Shown: one piece after another, positions 31,940-62,154 of the stretch
How the letters are laid out: each line of letters begins with the position of its first letter
Position numbering within the stretch: position 1 is the first letter of the stretch
Source of the DNA: the human T2T-CHM13v2.0 reference genome, Homo sapiens
Strand: one strand, 5' to 3'
DNA: 64,000 nucleotides
NCBI RefSeq assembly: GCF_009914755.1
Contig: NC_060944.1
Notes under the pieces: generated by a model
Told to the model about the DNA's origin: nothing
The model's database searches: none
What the model saw: the letters and a program-made list of their open reading frames with translations, nothing else
Made by a program: the position numbers and the translations under genes

Positions 31940-32471
31940 CCGATCGAGGGGGGCTACCTTATCTCCTCCATGGCTTCTGGATTAGAGGCAGGGACATCAC
32001 TAAAAGCATGGACATGTTGCCGCCTGGACCAGCGGAGTGCTCTGGAAGGAGGGGAACAAGAAGCATGTCATTCCTCGATACGGTCGCGCTTCGGCTTCAG
32101 GTCGCTGAGGCAAAATGAACAGCAGAACTGGCCTGGGCTACACTGGACCCCAGCAGCACACTACAGAGCATGTACTACAAGCAGGGTTACAACAGAGGCC
32201 AGAGAGAGATGGACCTTGACTTTGTTGTGCTCACAAATGAAAAATACGATTAATATTCCTGAAAGAGAAATTCGGGTGAGTACAGCAGGGGCTCCTGTCC
32301 TGGTTTCGTTGGGGAAGGGCGAGTTTAGGAAAGCCCTCTTGAGACAGCAACAGACCTGAAGGATGAGGAGTCTGCCAGGCCAAGAGGCCGGGGAAGGAGT
32401 CGCAGTAGAGGAAGGCCCTGAGCTAATAGTACCAGAGGCTCCAGACACGTGACGAGCTTCACACACACTAA

Positions 32472-36563
<4,092 letters not shown>

Positions 36564-36589
36564 TCAATAAGGAAAGGAAAGAAAGAGAC

Positions 36590-37000
36590 TAACAATTACT
36601 GAGGTTCTACTATGTGCTAAGCATTGGGCTTCCCACTTTACCTACATCATCCCATTTAATCCTCACAACTCTATAAGGAAAACAGGCTCTTCCCATTAAA
36701 ACAACCTGCCCAACAGAGTTTGAAAGGGTCAGAGCTGGAATCTGAACTCTTGCTGGGAGGCCCTTGATGCCTGGGCTTTCTCCAATTTACCTCACTCATT
36801 TATTGTTACATCAGTACCATTTACCAAGGGATTACTGTGTGGCATCCCTCTGCTAACTGCTCTGTGAAAACCAATGAAATCCACAGGATAGATCCAAGGT
36901 TAAAGAGGAAACTGAGGCTCGGAGAGGCCAACTCACTTACCCTAAGTCGTAAGGCTAGGAAGAAGTGGATCTGAGCTCTGAACCTAGGTCTAACGCCAAA
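36590..37000. mobile_element. MIR fragments
   Basis: gaggaaactgaggctcggagagg core; tttaatcctcacaac. Confidence 0.65.
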
Positions 37001-38479
37001 ACTCCGACTCTTGCAAAGCCATCCTGCTGCATCTGCTGGACAGCTCTACTCGAAAGTGTTTGGCTAAGTTAGAATGCCTTATGGCGGCGCGAGCAGAGTT
37101 GAGTTACAAAAATTCCTGTAGTAGCAAAATTCCCATTTTCCCACACCGAATGGGGCTAGGAGAGCTAATCTCTATATGATGTAAGCTCAAGGGCCAAGGA
37201 AAGAGGCTGGTCAGAGACATCGGCCAGTGATGAAGCAGCTGACATCATCCCTGCTGAAAACATTTTCTGAGAATACAAGATGCCTTGTAGCTGGTCATAG
37301 CTGGTGTTTTTTCTGAGCACAGAGCCAGCAATTCATTCCCAGCACTCTGCAAGAACAACAAAATACGCTCTCTGCAAAAACATCGTGGTTACAGGAGACC
37401 GAGACAGCCCAGCGACAGAAGCTGCTAATTTCTCCAAGCAACCCAAGGATTGGAACGCCAAGCCGTGCCAGTCTGGTGGAAAAAAAAAAAAAAAAACCCA
37501 AAAAACAAAAAAACAGCACTGTGAATATCCTGAACACAGAGACAGGCAGGTGCCCAGAGTCAACGGCTCCAGTCAGCACCTCCTGCACCCACAATCTAGG
37601 TACCTTCTTGAAAAGCAAGTCAATGGAAAAAGAGATATTGCACAGTCAGGGAGCCAGTGGCTTCTTTAGTTATTTTTTGAACATCTAAGAGGAAAGCTGT
37701 ATCTGTTTAGAGTCCCACTGCATGGAAGTGAAGTGATTCCGAGTAGCTAAGCATTAGCTTGGCTTTACCTCAGCTGGCCCATTCAAGCAGAAATGTTCCC
37801 CAAGCAGCATTTGAAGGCGCCCCCTCTCTGCACAGGCAGACCTATTTTGGTCTGTGCACTGCCCCTGTCCACAGGTTTACACATCCCTGGTCTAGCTCCA
37901 TCAGCCTCCAAACAGGAGACGGGGAAGTCAGTTCAACCCCCTCCACCTCCCCACCCACACCAATGCACTCGTTCCAAGCAAGAGGCTCCGAGAAACATCC
38001 AAGGCACCTTCCACTGGCTGTGAAACACCAGAAGGTCCCCACACTCCTACTAGATTCCAAAGAAATTCACACAGAGTCCTTCCAAACCTCTGAAAATAAC
38101 CTCAGCGGTGCTGAAAGAAGCTTCCCTAGTGGCAGCTGCCTCTCTCGGAGAAGCTCTGAAGGAAGCTGTTTCCCTCCCTGCAGGGGACAGAAGCTGGCGG
38201 CTGCTAAGTCCCAGCTCGGTCATTCCTACAGCCTCGGGGGGCCACGTCAGTTGTGAAAAACAGCCCAGTCTCAAATTCTGGCCCCCCCTACGGCTTCGTG
38301 AATTGAATGAAGTAACAGGAACTATCACTTATTGGACGCCTGCTGTATGCCAGAGGCCCTGCATGATCTCATTCCATCTCCACTCCAGCCCTAGCAACCA
38401 GGTTCAATCACTTAAATAGGCAACTGAGGCTCTTAAGATGAAGTGACTTATCCAAGGTCACACAGTGAGTACAAACCCA

Positions 38480-39535
38480 GGTGTGCCGCCAGAGCCTGAA
38501 CTGGGAACCCCTGCGCGGTAACTGCCTCGTGGCGAAATCGGGGTGTCCTTCTGTTTGGCCAGTCGCCGAAGAGGGGTGTTCCTCTTGGGCGGCCCTGAGC
38601 CACCCTCGGCGGGTCCCAGGAGCCTGCGAGGCAGCTCCCGGGAGAATGGGGGTCCTGAGGATAGGCTGGGGGTCCCGGGAGCGCCGAAACAGCGGGCCCA
38701 CCTGTAGTCCTGCCTGCCGTGAGGGTACCCCGCTCCCGGACCAGCCGAGCCCTGCCGCTGTCTGGCGCCCCCTCCGCCTGGGGAAGCCCCGAAGGCAGTT
38801 TCCGCCCGCGGCCGCCCGTCACTCACCCTGACACTGCCGCCGAGGACGGCCCGGCCGAGGGAAGCAAGCGAGAGGCGCGGCTGCCGCCGGAGCCGGGCCC
38901 CGTCGGGCTCTAGCCTCTCCGGCCGGCTGCAGGGGTACTGAGACCAGTACCCGGGGGCCAGCAGCGACCCGGAAACACTCGGCCCGGAAATGATGTCACC
39001 AGGAGGCGGGCCCGAAGAGAGGGTGGACCACGGCTGCGCGCTGGCTCCGGGAAGCGGTCGATGCCCGCGGCCGACGGAGACTACAACCCAGAGGCGGAGG
39101 ACAAAGCGGAAGGCCGAAGAGCGAGGACGAAACCGGCGGAACCGCACTTTGGAGCCTAACGAGCCATCGCTGCGTCTGAGACTGGGACCCGGAAGTAAAC
39201 AGGCCGGACGTGACGCAAGCCGCTCGGCCTAGGGATGGTGGCTGGCCGGGTTGTCATGGAAACCGCTCAGGAGCAGGGAGCTGGGAGCTATGAGTGCTGA
39301 CTGCGTGAACTCGGCCTCCACTTCCCGGACCTGCCACTTATCATGATCCACGAGCTGTACTCATGACTCCGCACAAGCAAGCAGGGGCTGACGGTCGGAT
39401 CCCTCGCCCCCATTTTACGGACAGAAGTACCGAGGCTCAAAGAGAGCCAGTGAGATGCTGAAATCACGCGTGATTGGAATCCAGCCTTGCTAGGGCTGCG
39501 GGTGTTACGGGCCGTGGGCGGCGGTTAAGAGCGTG
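38480..39535. promoter_or_regulatory. SPATA2 CpG-island promoter
   Basis: High CpG density; ETS CCGGAA sites (38969, 38984, 39189), CRE-like TGATGTCA (38991), ZNF143-like GACTACAACCCAGAGGC (39079), RFX X-box GTTGTCATGGAAAC (39250). Confidence 0.9.
38827..38990 (-). other. SPATA2: SPATA2 non-coding exon 1 (start approximate)
   Basis: Minus-strand donor AGG|GTGAGT at 38827/38826 inside the CpG island. Confidence 0.75.
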
Positions 39536-39636
39536 GGTTCTATTTTTAGTTTTGCCACTTACTAGCTGTGTGACCTTGGACAAGTTACCTAACCTCTCTG
39601 AGCCTCAGCTTTCTAACCTGTAATATTAAATAATAA

Positions 39637-44047
<4,411 letters not shown>

Positions 44048-44049
44048 TT

Positions 44050-44144
44050 AGGCTAGTCAAGTGAAGCAATGGGAATGGAGAAGAAACAAATCTATAACTG
44101 GTTGTGATGAATTAGTCGTAAGCACCACTGCAATTGGACCAGTC
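44050..44144 (-). pseudogene. Y3 RNA (RNY3) processed pseudogene
   Basis: Reverse complement matches hY3 (..CTGGTCC..TGCAGTGGTG..CACAACCAGTTA..CTTCACTTGACTAGCCT); T-rich tail 44032-44049. Confidence 0.9.
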
Positions 44145-44530
44145 AATACCATGGTTATCACAGGAGTGTGGCTGAGGCTGTGTTTGGCCCTGGGTGCCAG
44201 GTCTGCACCCTGCACTAAGGATGGGTGAGGAACGACAGGCAGTCGAGCTGGTTGGTGCTACAGGTAACGATAGTACCTACCAAAATACAGGTTAAATGAG
44301 ATAGTCCTTGTGACATGATAACATGTTAATTACTCAATTAGCATTAGCTATCATGAATCAATCCTTTTATATGTTTTAAAGCCTAGAGAAGCACTTTATC
44401 CATAGTGGCTGCTTATTACATTTATTACATTTCTCTTGATTGAATGAAATGATACAGTTTTGCTAACTACTAGCTCTTACTTCCCATACTGTTTTCTTTT
44501 CAGGATCCTCACTCTGATCTAAGAGCATAA

Positions 44531-46670
<2,140 letters not shown>

Positions 46671-47306
46671 TCATCATCTTTCTAAGCCTCAGTTTCCCCA
46701 CCTGTAAAATGGAGCTGATCATAGTATCTTCTTCATAAGGTTATTTTGCATATTGAATGGGATAACATGTGCAAAGAAGTTCCCCCAGTGCCTGGAAGGC
46801 AGTGATCCTGCAGCAAATGTTATCCACGATTAGGATTCTTGTTGTCCCACATGAATTTGCTGGGTGCTACAGATTCTGTCTGGCTCCCAAAGCTCAGAAT
46901 TCATTCTGGCCTCCCACGGGTGGAGGCAGGGTTTGGGGGAGGTTTGTAACTCTAAAGATGGCACGTCTTGAACTGAAAGCTGGCGCTGTCAAGCTTCTTC
47001 ACAATCAGTAAGAACGGCTTTCTTCCCCCTTTTCCCTAAATATAAACCCAACTGCCAATCGCTTTAAAGTCTTCATGTCTGCAGCAGGAGCAACCCACGA
47101 GTCCAAAGGTGAGGCAGCTGGCAGAGGGCTGTTGTTAGTGGGATCCACCCAGCCCAGCCCAGCTCCAAGGAGACACACTTCATCGGACTGGATGTGGGCA
47201 ACTCAGCATTTCTTCCTTATGATTCTTAATTGCTCCTGAAAACAGTAACCCCAAAGTTACGAGCCCCAGTGTGTACTATAACAGTCTCTTAAAGTACTGG
47301 GTTTCA

Positions 47307-47711
<405 letters not shown>

Positions 47712-48239
47712 TTATTACATAGCAACATTATCCCTAGGCCAGAAGTCGAAGTAGGCTCTGGAGCCGAAAGGCTTAAGTTCAGATCCTAGCCCTGCCGCTT
47801 TCCATCTGTGTGACCTTGGACAAGCTATCTAACCTCTCTGGGACTGCCTCTATTTCCTTATCAGTAAAATGGGATTAATAGTACCCCTGAGGATTATTGA
47901 GAGATTAAATGAGCTAATAATATACGATGCCAAGTGCAGAGTGAGCATTCAACACAAGCTAGATATGACTGACTCAGTCACAGGGCTTGCCAGGCTGGGG
48001 TGTAGAGTCAGCCTCAGACCAATGGGGAACATAATGGGACTTATGCCATTATGGTCAGGCCTTGACACCTTGCATTTATGCTGCTCAAAAGAGGAGGATT
48101 TTGGCTAGGGGCCATGGCTCACGCATGTAATCCCAATGCTTTGAGAGGGCGAAACTGGAGGATTGCTTGAGGCCAGAAGTTGGAGACCAGTCTAGGCTAC
48201 ATAGTAAAGCCCCATCTCTCCAAAAAATTTTAAAAATTA

Positions 48240-48383
<144 letters not shown>

Positions 48384-48409
48384 CTAAAAAAAAAAATAAG
48401 TTAAAAAAA

Positions 48410-50628
<2,219 letters not shown>

Positions 50629-50987
50629 TTACTTGAACCGGGAGGCAAAGGTTGCAGTGAGCCGAGACGGTACCACTGCACTCCAGCCTGGGAACAAAGT
50701 GAGACTCCATCTCAAAAAAAAAAATAAATAAATAAATAACAGAAGATCTGGACAGACACTTCACAGAGGTAAAACATACAAAATGGCCAATAAACAAATG
50801 AAAAGGTACTCAACGTCATTAATCATTATGAAATCTAAAATTGCACAGTACCACTACACACTCACTAGAATGGCTAAAAGTGTCTGACAACCAAATGTTG
50901 GTGAGGACGTGAAGCAACTCATACCTTGTTAGTGGTCATGGGAAATAGTTGGAAAATGGCTTGGTTTGGCAGTTTCTAATAAAATTA

Positions 50988-51437
<450 letters not shown>

Positions 51438-51641
51438 TCACAATATACACATGAGGTGCAGTTTATTGTAGATGAAGGTGGATTCAAATCCCCTATTTCA
51501 ATGTCTTCTTGTTAGTACTCATTATTTGGTTGTAGTTCTTGTCAGATATTATGAGATCGTTATGTTTTTACCTCATTATGTGGCTGACCCTTGATATAAT
51601 AGAAACTGTAAAATGCTATGAGCTGGTGGGATAACTGATGA

Positions 51642-52026
<385 letters not shown>

Positions 52027-52286
52027 TAATTCACTGTTACATTTCCAACACTTACCAGGATACTTAGCACATAGAGTTATTGGTTGAATGAATATTTACA
52101 TGCCAGTGTCTCCTCTGTTAAGACTCCTTTTAGGCTGAGACTCTTTTTTTTTTTTTTTAATTTTTGTTTTCAGGCAATGTACAGTAAGCCATGATGGGCA
52201 GAGGCAGGAAATACTTAGAGAACTGGAAAGAATAAAGGAGCCGGTGTTCTCTTCGCAGGGCCCGGTGAGTCTGTGAGATGCTCACA

Positions 52287-52299
52287 CGCCCCCTGGTGG
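52287..52299 (-). promoter_or_regulatory. CTCF core motif
   Basis: CGCCCCCTGGTGG is the reverse complement of CCACCAGGGGGCG, a perfect core, in unique DNA. Confidence 0.7.
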
Positions 52300-53067
52300 T
52301 GTCAGTAGGAATTCTTCCTGGCGCTCAGCAATTTGGCAATCTTGAAGAACCGGCTGAAATCAAGATGAAATTATCTGCCCACAGGTTTAAAAATGTAGCA
52401 ATACATGATGGGGTAAATTATGCCTAACTTAGACAAGTATAGCGATAAATTTTACATGTGGCCTGAGGCTGATAGAACTGTGACGCCTGAGAGTTACAGG
52501 ATTTGAGGGCTGGAGTTACTTCCGATTCATCTTAACTGTTCTTAATGCATCATTGTTTATTTTTTCTTTTTTTAAGAGAAAAAAAAGTCACCCAGGCTGG
52601 AGTGCAATAGCACGATCATGGTTCATTGCAGCCTCAACGTCCTGGGGTCAAGCAGTCCTCCTCAGCCTCCCCAAGTGCTGAGCCCACATGTGCATGCCCC
52701 TATGCCCAGATATTTTTTGTATTTTTTGTAGGGATGGGATCTTGCTATGTTGCCCAGGGTGGTCTCGAACTCCTGGGCTCCAGGCAATTGCCTTAGCCTC
52801 TCAAAGTGCTGGGATTACAGATGTGAGCCACCTCACCTGGTCCCGAATTTTTAATTAAAAAGTGGTGCATGAACTTGATATAAATATTTAGACAACACAA
52901 GAGGAAACAGAAGGAGAAGTCTTTCTCCAGGCCCAGAACCTAAGACCCAGTCCCTTAGCTCCCCTTTTGTTTTTTGGTTTTTTGTTTGTTTGTTTCTTTT
53001 CATATAAAATAGAGACAGGGTCTTGCCATGTTTCCCAGGCTGGTCTCAAACCGCCAGGCTCAAGTGA

Positions 53068-53608
<541 letters not shown>

Positions 53609-53691
53609 CTTTCCAAAGGCATCTATTTATCATATACAAACATATACATATATTAGTTGCATTACTTGGCATCTTGATGTTGTTTTAATTA

Positions 53692-54070
<379 letters not shown>

Positions 54071-54299
54071 TTACCTAGCATGCACCAGGCATTATTTTGG
54101 AAGCTGAAGATAACAGCAGTAAACAAAATTGACAAAACCTCCTGACCTCATGGAATTGATATACTAGTAATTATATCTATTGCATTTGTTTAATCACCCC
54201 CAATCATCATTTTGGTTGCTTCCAGTATCTTCCTAGTGTGACAACGCTGTCCTGGATATCCGTGTGCATGTAGCTGTCTCACATGCATGAGGGTATCTA

Positions 54300-54445
54300 T
54301 AGCAGCGCTGTCCAATAGATCTTCCTGCAACGATGGAAATGTTCTGTGTCTGATCTTTTCAATATGTAGCCACGAGTCACTTGTGGCTATTGAGCACTAG
54401 ACATATGGCTAGTAAGACTGGGGAATAGAATTTTATATTTTATTT
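54300..54445. mobile_element. MER3/MER33-like hAT fragment
   Basis: cagcgctgtccaataga...tgtggctattgagcact. Confidence 0.7.
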
Positions 54446-54447
54446 AG

Positions 54448-54684
<237 letters not shown>

Positions 54685-54774
54685 TGATCCATCCACCTCG
54701 GCCTTCCAAAGTGCTGGGGTTACAGGTGTGAGCCACTGCGCCTGGCCTTTTTTTTTTTTTTTTTTTTTTTTTGA

Positions 54775-54957
<183 letters not shown>

Positions 54958-55488
54958 TAAGCTGGTTTCAAACTCCTGGCCTCAAGCGATCCTCCCATGT
55001 TGACCTCCCAAAGTGCTGGGATTACAGGTGTGAGCCACTGCACCTGGCATTAATTTTGTTTTTTTTTTTTTTTTTTGAGACAGGGTCTTGCTCTTGCCCA
55101 GACTGGAGTGCAGTGGCAAGATTACAGCTCAATGATGCTTTGAACTCCTGGGCTCAAGCAACCCTCCTCTGAGTAGCTAAGACTACAGGCACATGCCACT
55201 GCACTCAGCTAATTTTATGTTTGTTTGTTTGTAGACAGCAGGGTCTTGGTACGTTGCCCAGGTTGATCTTGAACTCCTGGCCTCAAGTGATCCTCCCACT
55301 TATTTTTGTATTTTTTGTAGAGATGGGGGAGGGAGTTGGGGGTGGTGGGGTGTCTCACTGTGTTACCCAGGATGGTCTTAAACCCCTGGACAAAAGTGAT
55401 CCACCCCCCTCAGCAACCCAAAGTGCTGGGATTACAGGCGTGAGCCACCATGCCCAGCCCTTTCTTAAATTTAAGCAAACAAATTTTA

Positions 55489-55806
<318 letters not shown>

Positions 55807-56000
55807 TCACTACAAAAAATAGAAAAAATAGCTAGGTGTGATGGCACATGCCTGTAGTCTCACCTACTCAGGAGGCTGAGGCAGGAGGATCACTTGAGCC
55901 TGGGAAGTCAAGGCTGCAGTGAGCTGTGATCACATCACTGCACTCCATCCTGGGTGACAGAGTGAGACTCTGTCTCAAAAAAAAAAAAAAAAAAAAAAAA

Positions 56001-56109
56001 GGAAAGAAAGAAAGGGAGGGAAGGAGGGAAGGAACAAAGGAAGGAACGAAGGAAGGAAGGAAGGGAAGGAGGGAGGAAGGAAGGAAGGAAGGAAAAAAGG
56101 AAGGAAAAA
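56001..56109 (+). repeat. Purine-rich imperfect (GGAA)n tract derived from an Alu tail
   Basis: ggaaggaagg... low-complexity run. Confidence 0.85.
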
Positions 56110-56418
56110 TTTAGGCTGGGCACAATGGCTCACGCCTGTAATCCCTAGCACTTTGGAGGCCGAGGTGGGCCGATCGTGAGGTCAGGAGATCGAGACCATC
56201 CTGGCTAACATGGTGAAACCCCGTCTCTACTAAAAATACAAAAAAAATTAGCCGGGCGTGGTGGTGGGCGCCTGTAGTCCCAGCTACTCAGGAGGTTGAG
56301 GCAGGAGAATGGCGTGAACCCAGGAGGCGGAGCTTGCAGTGAGCCGAGATTGTGCTACTGCACTCCAGCCTGGGCAACAGAGCGAGACTCTGTCTCAAAA
56401 AAAAAAAAATTAATTTAA

Positions 56419-56680
<262 letters not shown>

Positions 56681-56729
56681 TGAGATTACAGGCATGAGCC
56701 GCCATACCCAGCTTTTTTTTTTTTTTTTT

Positions 56730-58790
<2,061 letters not shown>

Positions 58791-59639
58791 TAGCCAGGTT
58801 GTGTTTTTGTTTTTTTTTTTTTTTTCAGACGGAGTTTCGTTCTTGTTGCCCAGGCTGGAGTTTAGTGACTGTTGGAGTGAGTGAGCCATCTTGGCCCACG
58901 GCAACCTTCGCCTCCCAGGTCAAAGGCTTTTCCTGCCTCAGCGTCCTGAGTAGCTGAGGCTACAGGCATGGGCAACCACGCCTGGCTAATTTTAGTATTG
59001 TTAGTAGAGACGGGGTTTCACCATGTTGGCCAGGCTGCTCTAGTACTCCTAGGCTCAAGCGATCCGCCCACCTCGGCCTCCCAAAGTGCTGAGATTACAG
59101 AAGTAAGCCACCTTGCCCAGCTCCTTTGTATAAATAAATGATATTGATTTTCTTCTTGCAGCTCAGGAATTAGATCTGTTATTAGAATTTGCTTAAATTT
59201 AAGAAATGGCTGGGTACTGTGGCTCACCGCTGTAATCCCAGCACTTCGGGTTGCCGAGGCAGGCGGATTGCTTGCGTCCAAGAGTTCGAGGCCAGCCTCG
59301 GCAACACAGTGAGACCCGCCCGCTCTCTGCACCACTCCTTCCCCCCCTCCTTTCCCCGTCTCTACAAAAAATACAAAAATAAATAAATTAGTCCGGCATG
59401 GTGGTGACTGCCTGTGGTCCAGCTACGCAGGAGGCTGAGGTGGGAGGATCGCTTGAACCCCGGTGGTCGAGGCTGCAGGGAGCCATGATCGCGCGCGCCA
59501 CTGAACACCAGCCTGGGCGACAAAGCAAGACCTTGTCCCAAAATAGATTAAATAAATAAATAAATAAATTTAAGGAAAAAGCAACTTGATTCGAAGATAA
59601 ATAGTGATAGTGCAAGTGGTGCCGAACTAACGATAAATT

Positions 59640-60420
59640 TGGAAAACAGCGGCCCACGCGCAGAGCCCGTCCCAATTCTGGCAGCCTTTGGATTTGGCTT
59701 CCACGTTTTCCAGATTTCCCTCGGCCTCTAGCTCGCTTGCGTCAGAGGGGCCCCGAGGGGCGGCCCACCCGCTAGCCCCGCCCCCAACCGCTCACCGCCC
59801 CGCGAGCCCCGCCCCCTCGGCCTCCTCCTCATCGGCCGCCGTTGCGCGGCGCAGAGCGGCAGCAAGATGGCGGCGCAACAGCGGGACTGCGGGGGTGCTG
59901 CGCAGCTGGCGGGGCCGGCGGCGGAGGCTGACCCCCTAGGACGCTTCACGTGTCCCGTGTGCTTAGAGGTGTACGAGAAGCCGGTACAGGTGCCCTGCGG
60001 ACACGTGTAAGCGGCGAGCCCGGGCCTGGTCGGGGGGCGCTTAACTGGGAAGGGAATGGAGCCGAGGAGCGAGATGGGTCTCAGGGCGGGAGCCAGAGGA
60101 CCCACCCAGAGGGGCCTCCCGGGGGTGTCCCCCGGGGCTCCTAAGGGCCGTGAAAGCTGCCGGGGCGCTCTTCTGTCCCGCCCCGCTCACTCCTAAGTAT
60201 CCCGTTCCTCCGCCCGTCTTAGCGGGGCAGCTGCTGTCTGTTGAGCGCCTGCGATGTTCCAGGCGGCCTGTCAGTCTCCTTCCCACACGTGATAGTGGAC
60301 TCGTGCCCTGCGGGGACTTTAGGCTCCGAAGTCCGCCCTTGGAGAGCCGACGTTTCCTTTCTAGTCCACGTCGCTCTTAAAGCATAGGACATTTGGCGTC
60401 GTGTCTAGCTGTGGCGAGTT
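59640..60420 (+). promoter_or_regulatory. RNF114 CpG-island promoter
   Basis: CpG-rich; GC boxes CCCCGCCCCC at ~59776 and ~59807; YY1 motif AAGATGGCGGC overlaps the start codon. Confidence 0.9.
59867..60006 (+). CDS. RNF114: RNF114 (ZNF313) exon 1 coding part, start of the C3HC4 RING finger
   Basis: aagATGG; [46 protein letters not shown](V)|gtaagc; missing from the ORF track because it is spliced. Confidence 0.96.
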
Positions 60421-62135
60421 ATTCTACTGTGCACTAAAGTCGGGAGAAACGCTGAACTAGACTAAAACAACAAAAGGGAAGTCTTTATGGGGATCTGGCC
60501 AGTTTGCCCTTAGCTGTGAAAGGGGGGTGGGAGTTGGCAGATGGGATTGTTAGCATTCTACTTCCTGTGTAGGAGGTTTGTTTCTTTCAGTTTTCAATTA
60601 AGCCTTCATGACCTGAATATTGTGAATAGAGTGGTTATAATGATTAAAGCAGATATGTGTATAAATGTCCAGTCCAGGTCCTGGGCTGTGGCCGGGGCTT
60701 TCGAGGTTGGTCAGGTTGGTCGATTTGAATCTAAGCCTTGTTCCATCAGACGCACAAACACATCTGAGTTGAAAGAATTGTAGACAACGTGGCCACCTGC
60801 TTCTTGCCTCAGAATTGGCTTTTCCTCTGGCCCCTCTCAGTGCTTATCGTGGGATCACCTTGGCATTGGTCTTGGCAGCGGGCACAGTAGCCATTGCACT
60901 CCATGGGCATTATTCTATAGCCACCCTGCAGCGGGGGAGGGTTGGCAGCCATTTTACAGGTGAATACACTGAGGGTCCGAGGCTCTCTTAGGGAAGGGTC
61001 ACCGTGGCCTAGCTCTTCCCAGATGTACTGCAGGTGACCATTTCAGTAGTCCAGAGAACAGTGCTTGGCACCTAGCTGGCTGCTTTTTGCTTCATCATGT
61101 TGCTTTAGGCTATTCATCTTTGCAATTCGGTTAGCCTGGAACTCTTCCCCCCACCCCTCCCTTTTCAGGCTTCAAGTCCCAGGTTAAGTTACCTCACCAA
61201 ATACCATCCCCATCTAAATTACTTCCCCCACTTCCTTTCTGGGACTTAACTTCCTTCTCCTTGCTTGCACAGAGCAAAACTTAACAGCTCATGACGGAGT
61301 GGCCATATCTTTATTGCCCCTGAACTGACTGGAATGGCCTCTGTGTGCCAGATTTTGGGGTAGACTCTGCCTTCAGAGTTTACAGTCCAGTGAATTGATT
61401 ATAAATAAGTACCAATGACTGGTCAAACTATTGTAAAAATTCATTCTGCAAGTGGGAGGGTATTTCAGGGATCACACCTCTGTGCGTGGGGTGAGTGATC
61501 AGGTAATGGTTGAATGAACTAATAAGTCGTGTAAGCAAGCTTCACGAGAGTTGAAGTGGTCTTTAGCTTTTTCATTGAATCCACTTGTCCTTGGATCAGA
61601 TTTACCTGATTTTGGATTAATTCAGTGGATTTCATTTACTATTAACATTTGTAAAAAGGCTAGACCCAGCACAGTTTGCTAAATGAAGAGCAGCAAAATT
61701 TGAGATTTTCTTGAGCTTGGTGAACCTTTCCTAGGTCAGAGGGCAAGGAACAGTACTGGTTTTCAAACCTTGGCTCTTCTCTATCCTCGCTGTCCTAGCC
61801 CCACGTGATCAGCAGTTCAGTGCAAATTGAAGACAGATGGAAGCACCTCTGTGAGGGCAGCCCAAATCCCCGCTAGCTCCAACCGACTGCTTTCTCCTGT
61901 GCCTAGTTGATTTTTACCTTTTGTGCTTGGAAAGTTGAGCATCACTGCAACTCTGGCTGGGGCATTGGATTTTTATAAAACTTTATTTCAAGCCCTGAAT
62001 GACTGTGTTCTCCAATCTGGTAGAATACAGCTGGAGAAAGGCAGCTGGCTGGGTGCCCAAGAGAAGGGAATTTCTTCCTAGCACTGTGACGGAGTGGAGC
62101 ATCGGAAGGCTGAACTAGAAAAGGGCGCATAAGTA

Positions 62136-62154
62136 GGAAATAGAAACTGAAAAG
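62136..62154 (+). promoter_or_regulatory. Candidate ISRE (triple GAAA) in RNF114 intron 1
   Basis: GGAAATAGAAACTGAAAAG matches GAAANNGAAACT with a third GAAA. Confidence 0.5.

Noticed and set aside
38408-39232. Several 100-229 aa ORFs
   Set aside because: Stop-poor CpG-island sequence with no recognisable protein
56001-56109. GGAA microsatellite as an ETS-fusion enhancer
   Set aside because: The longest pure run is only about five units; ordinary Alu-tail derivative
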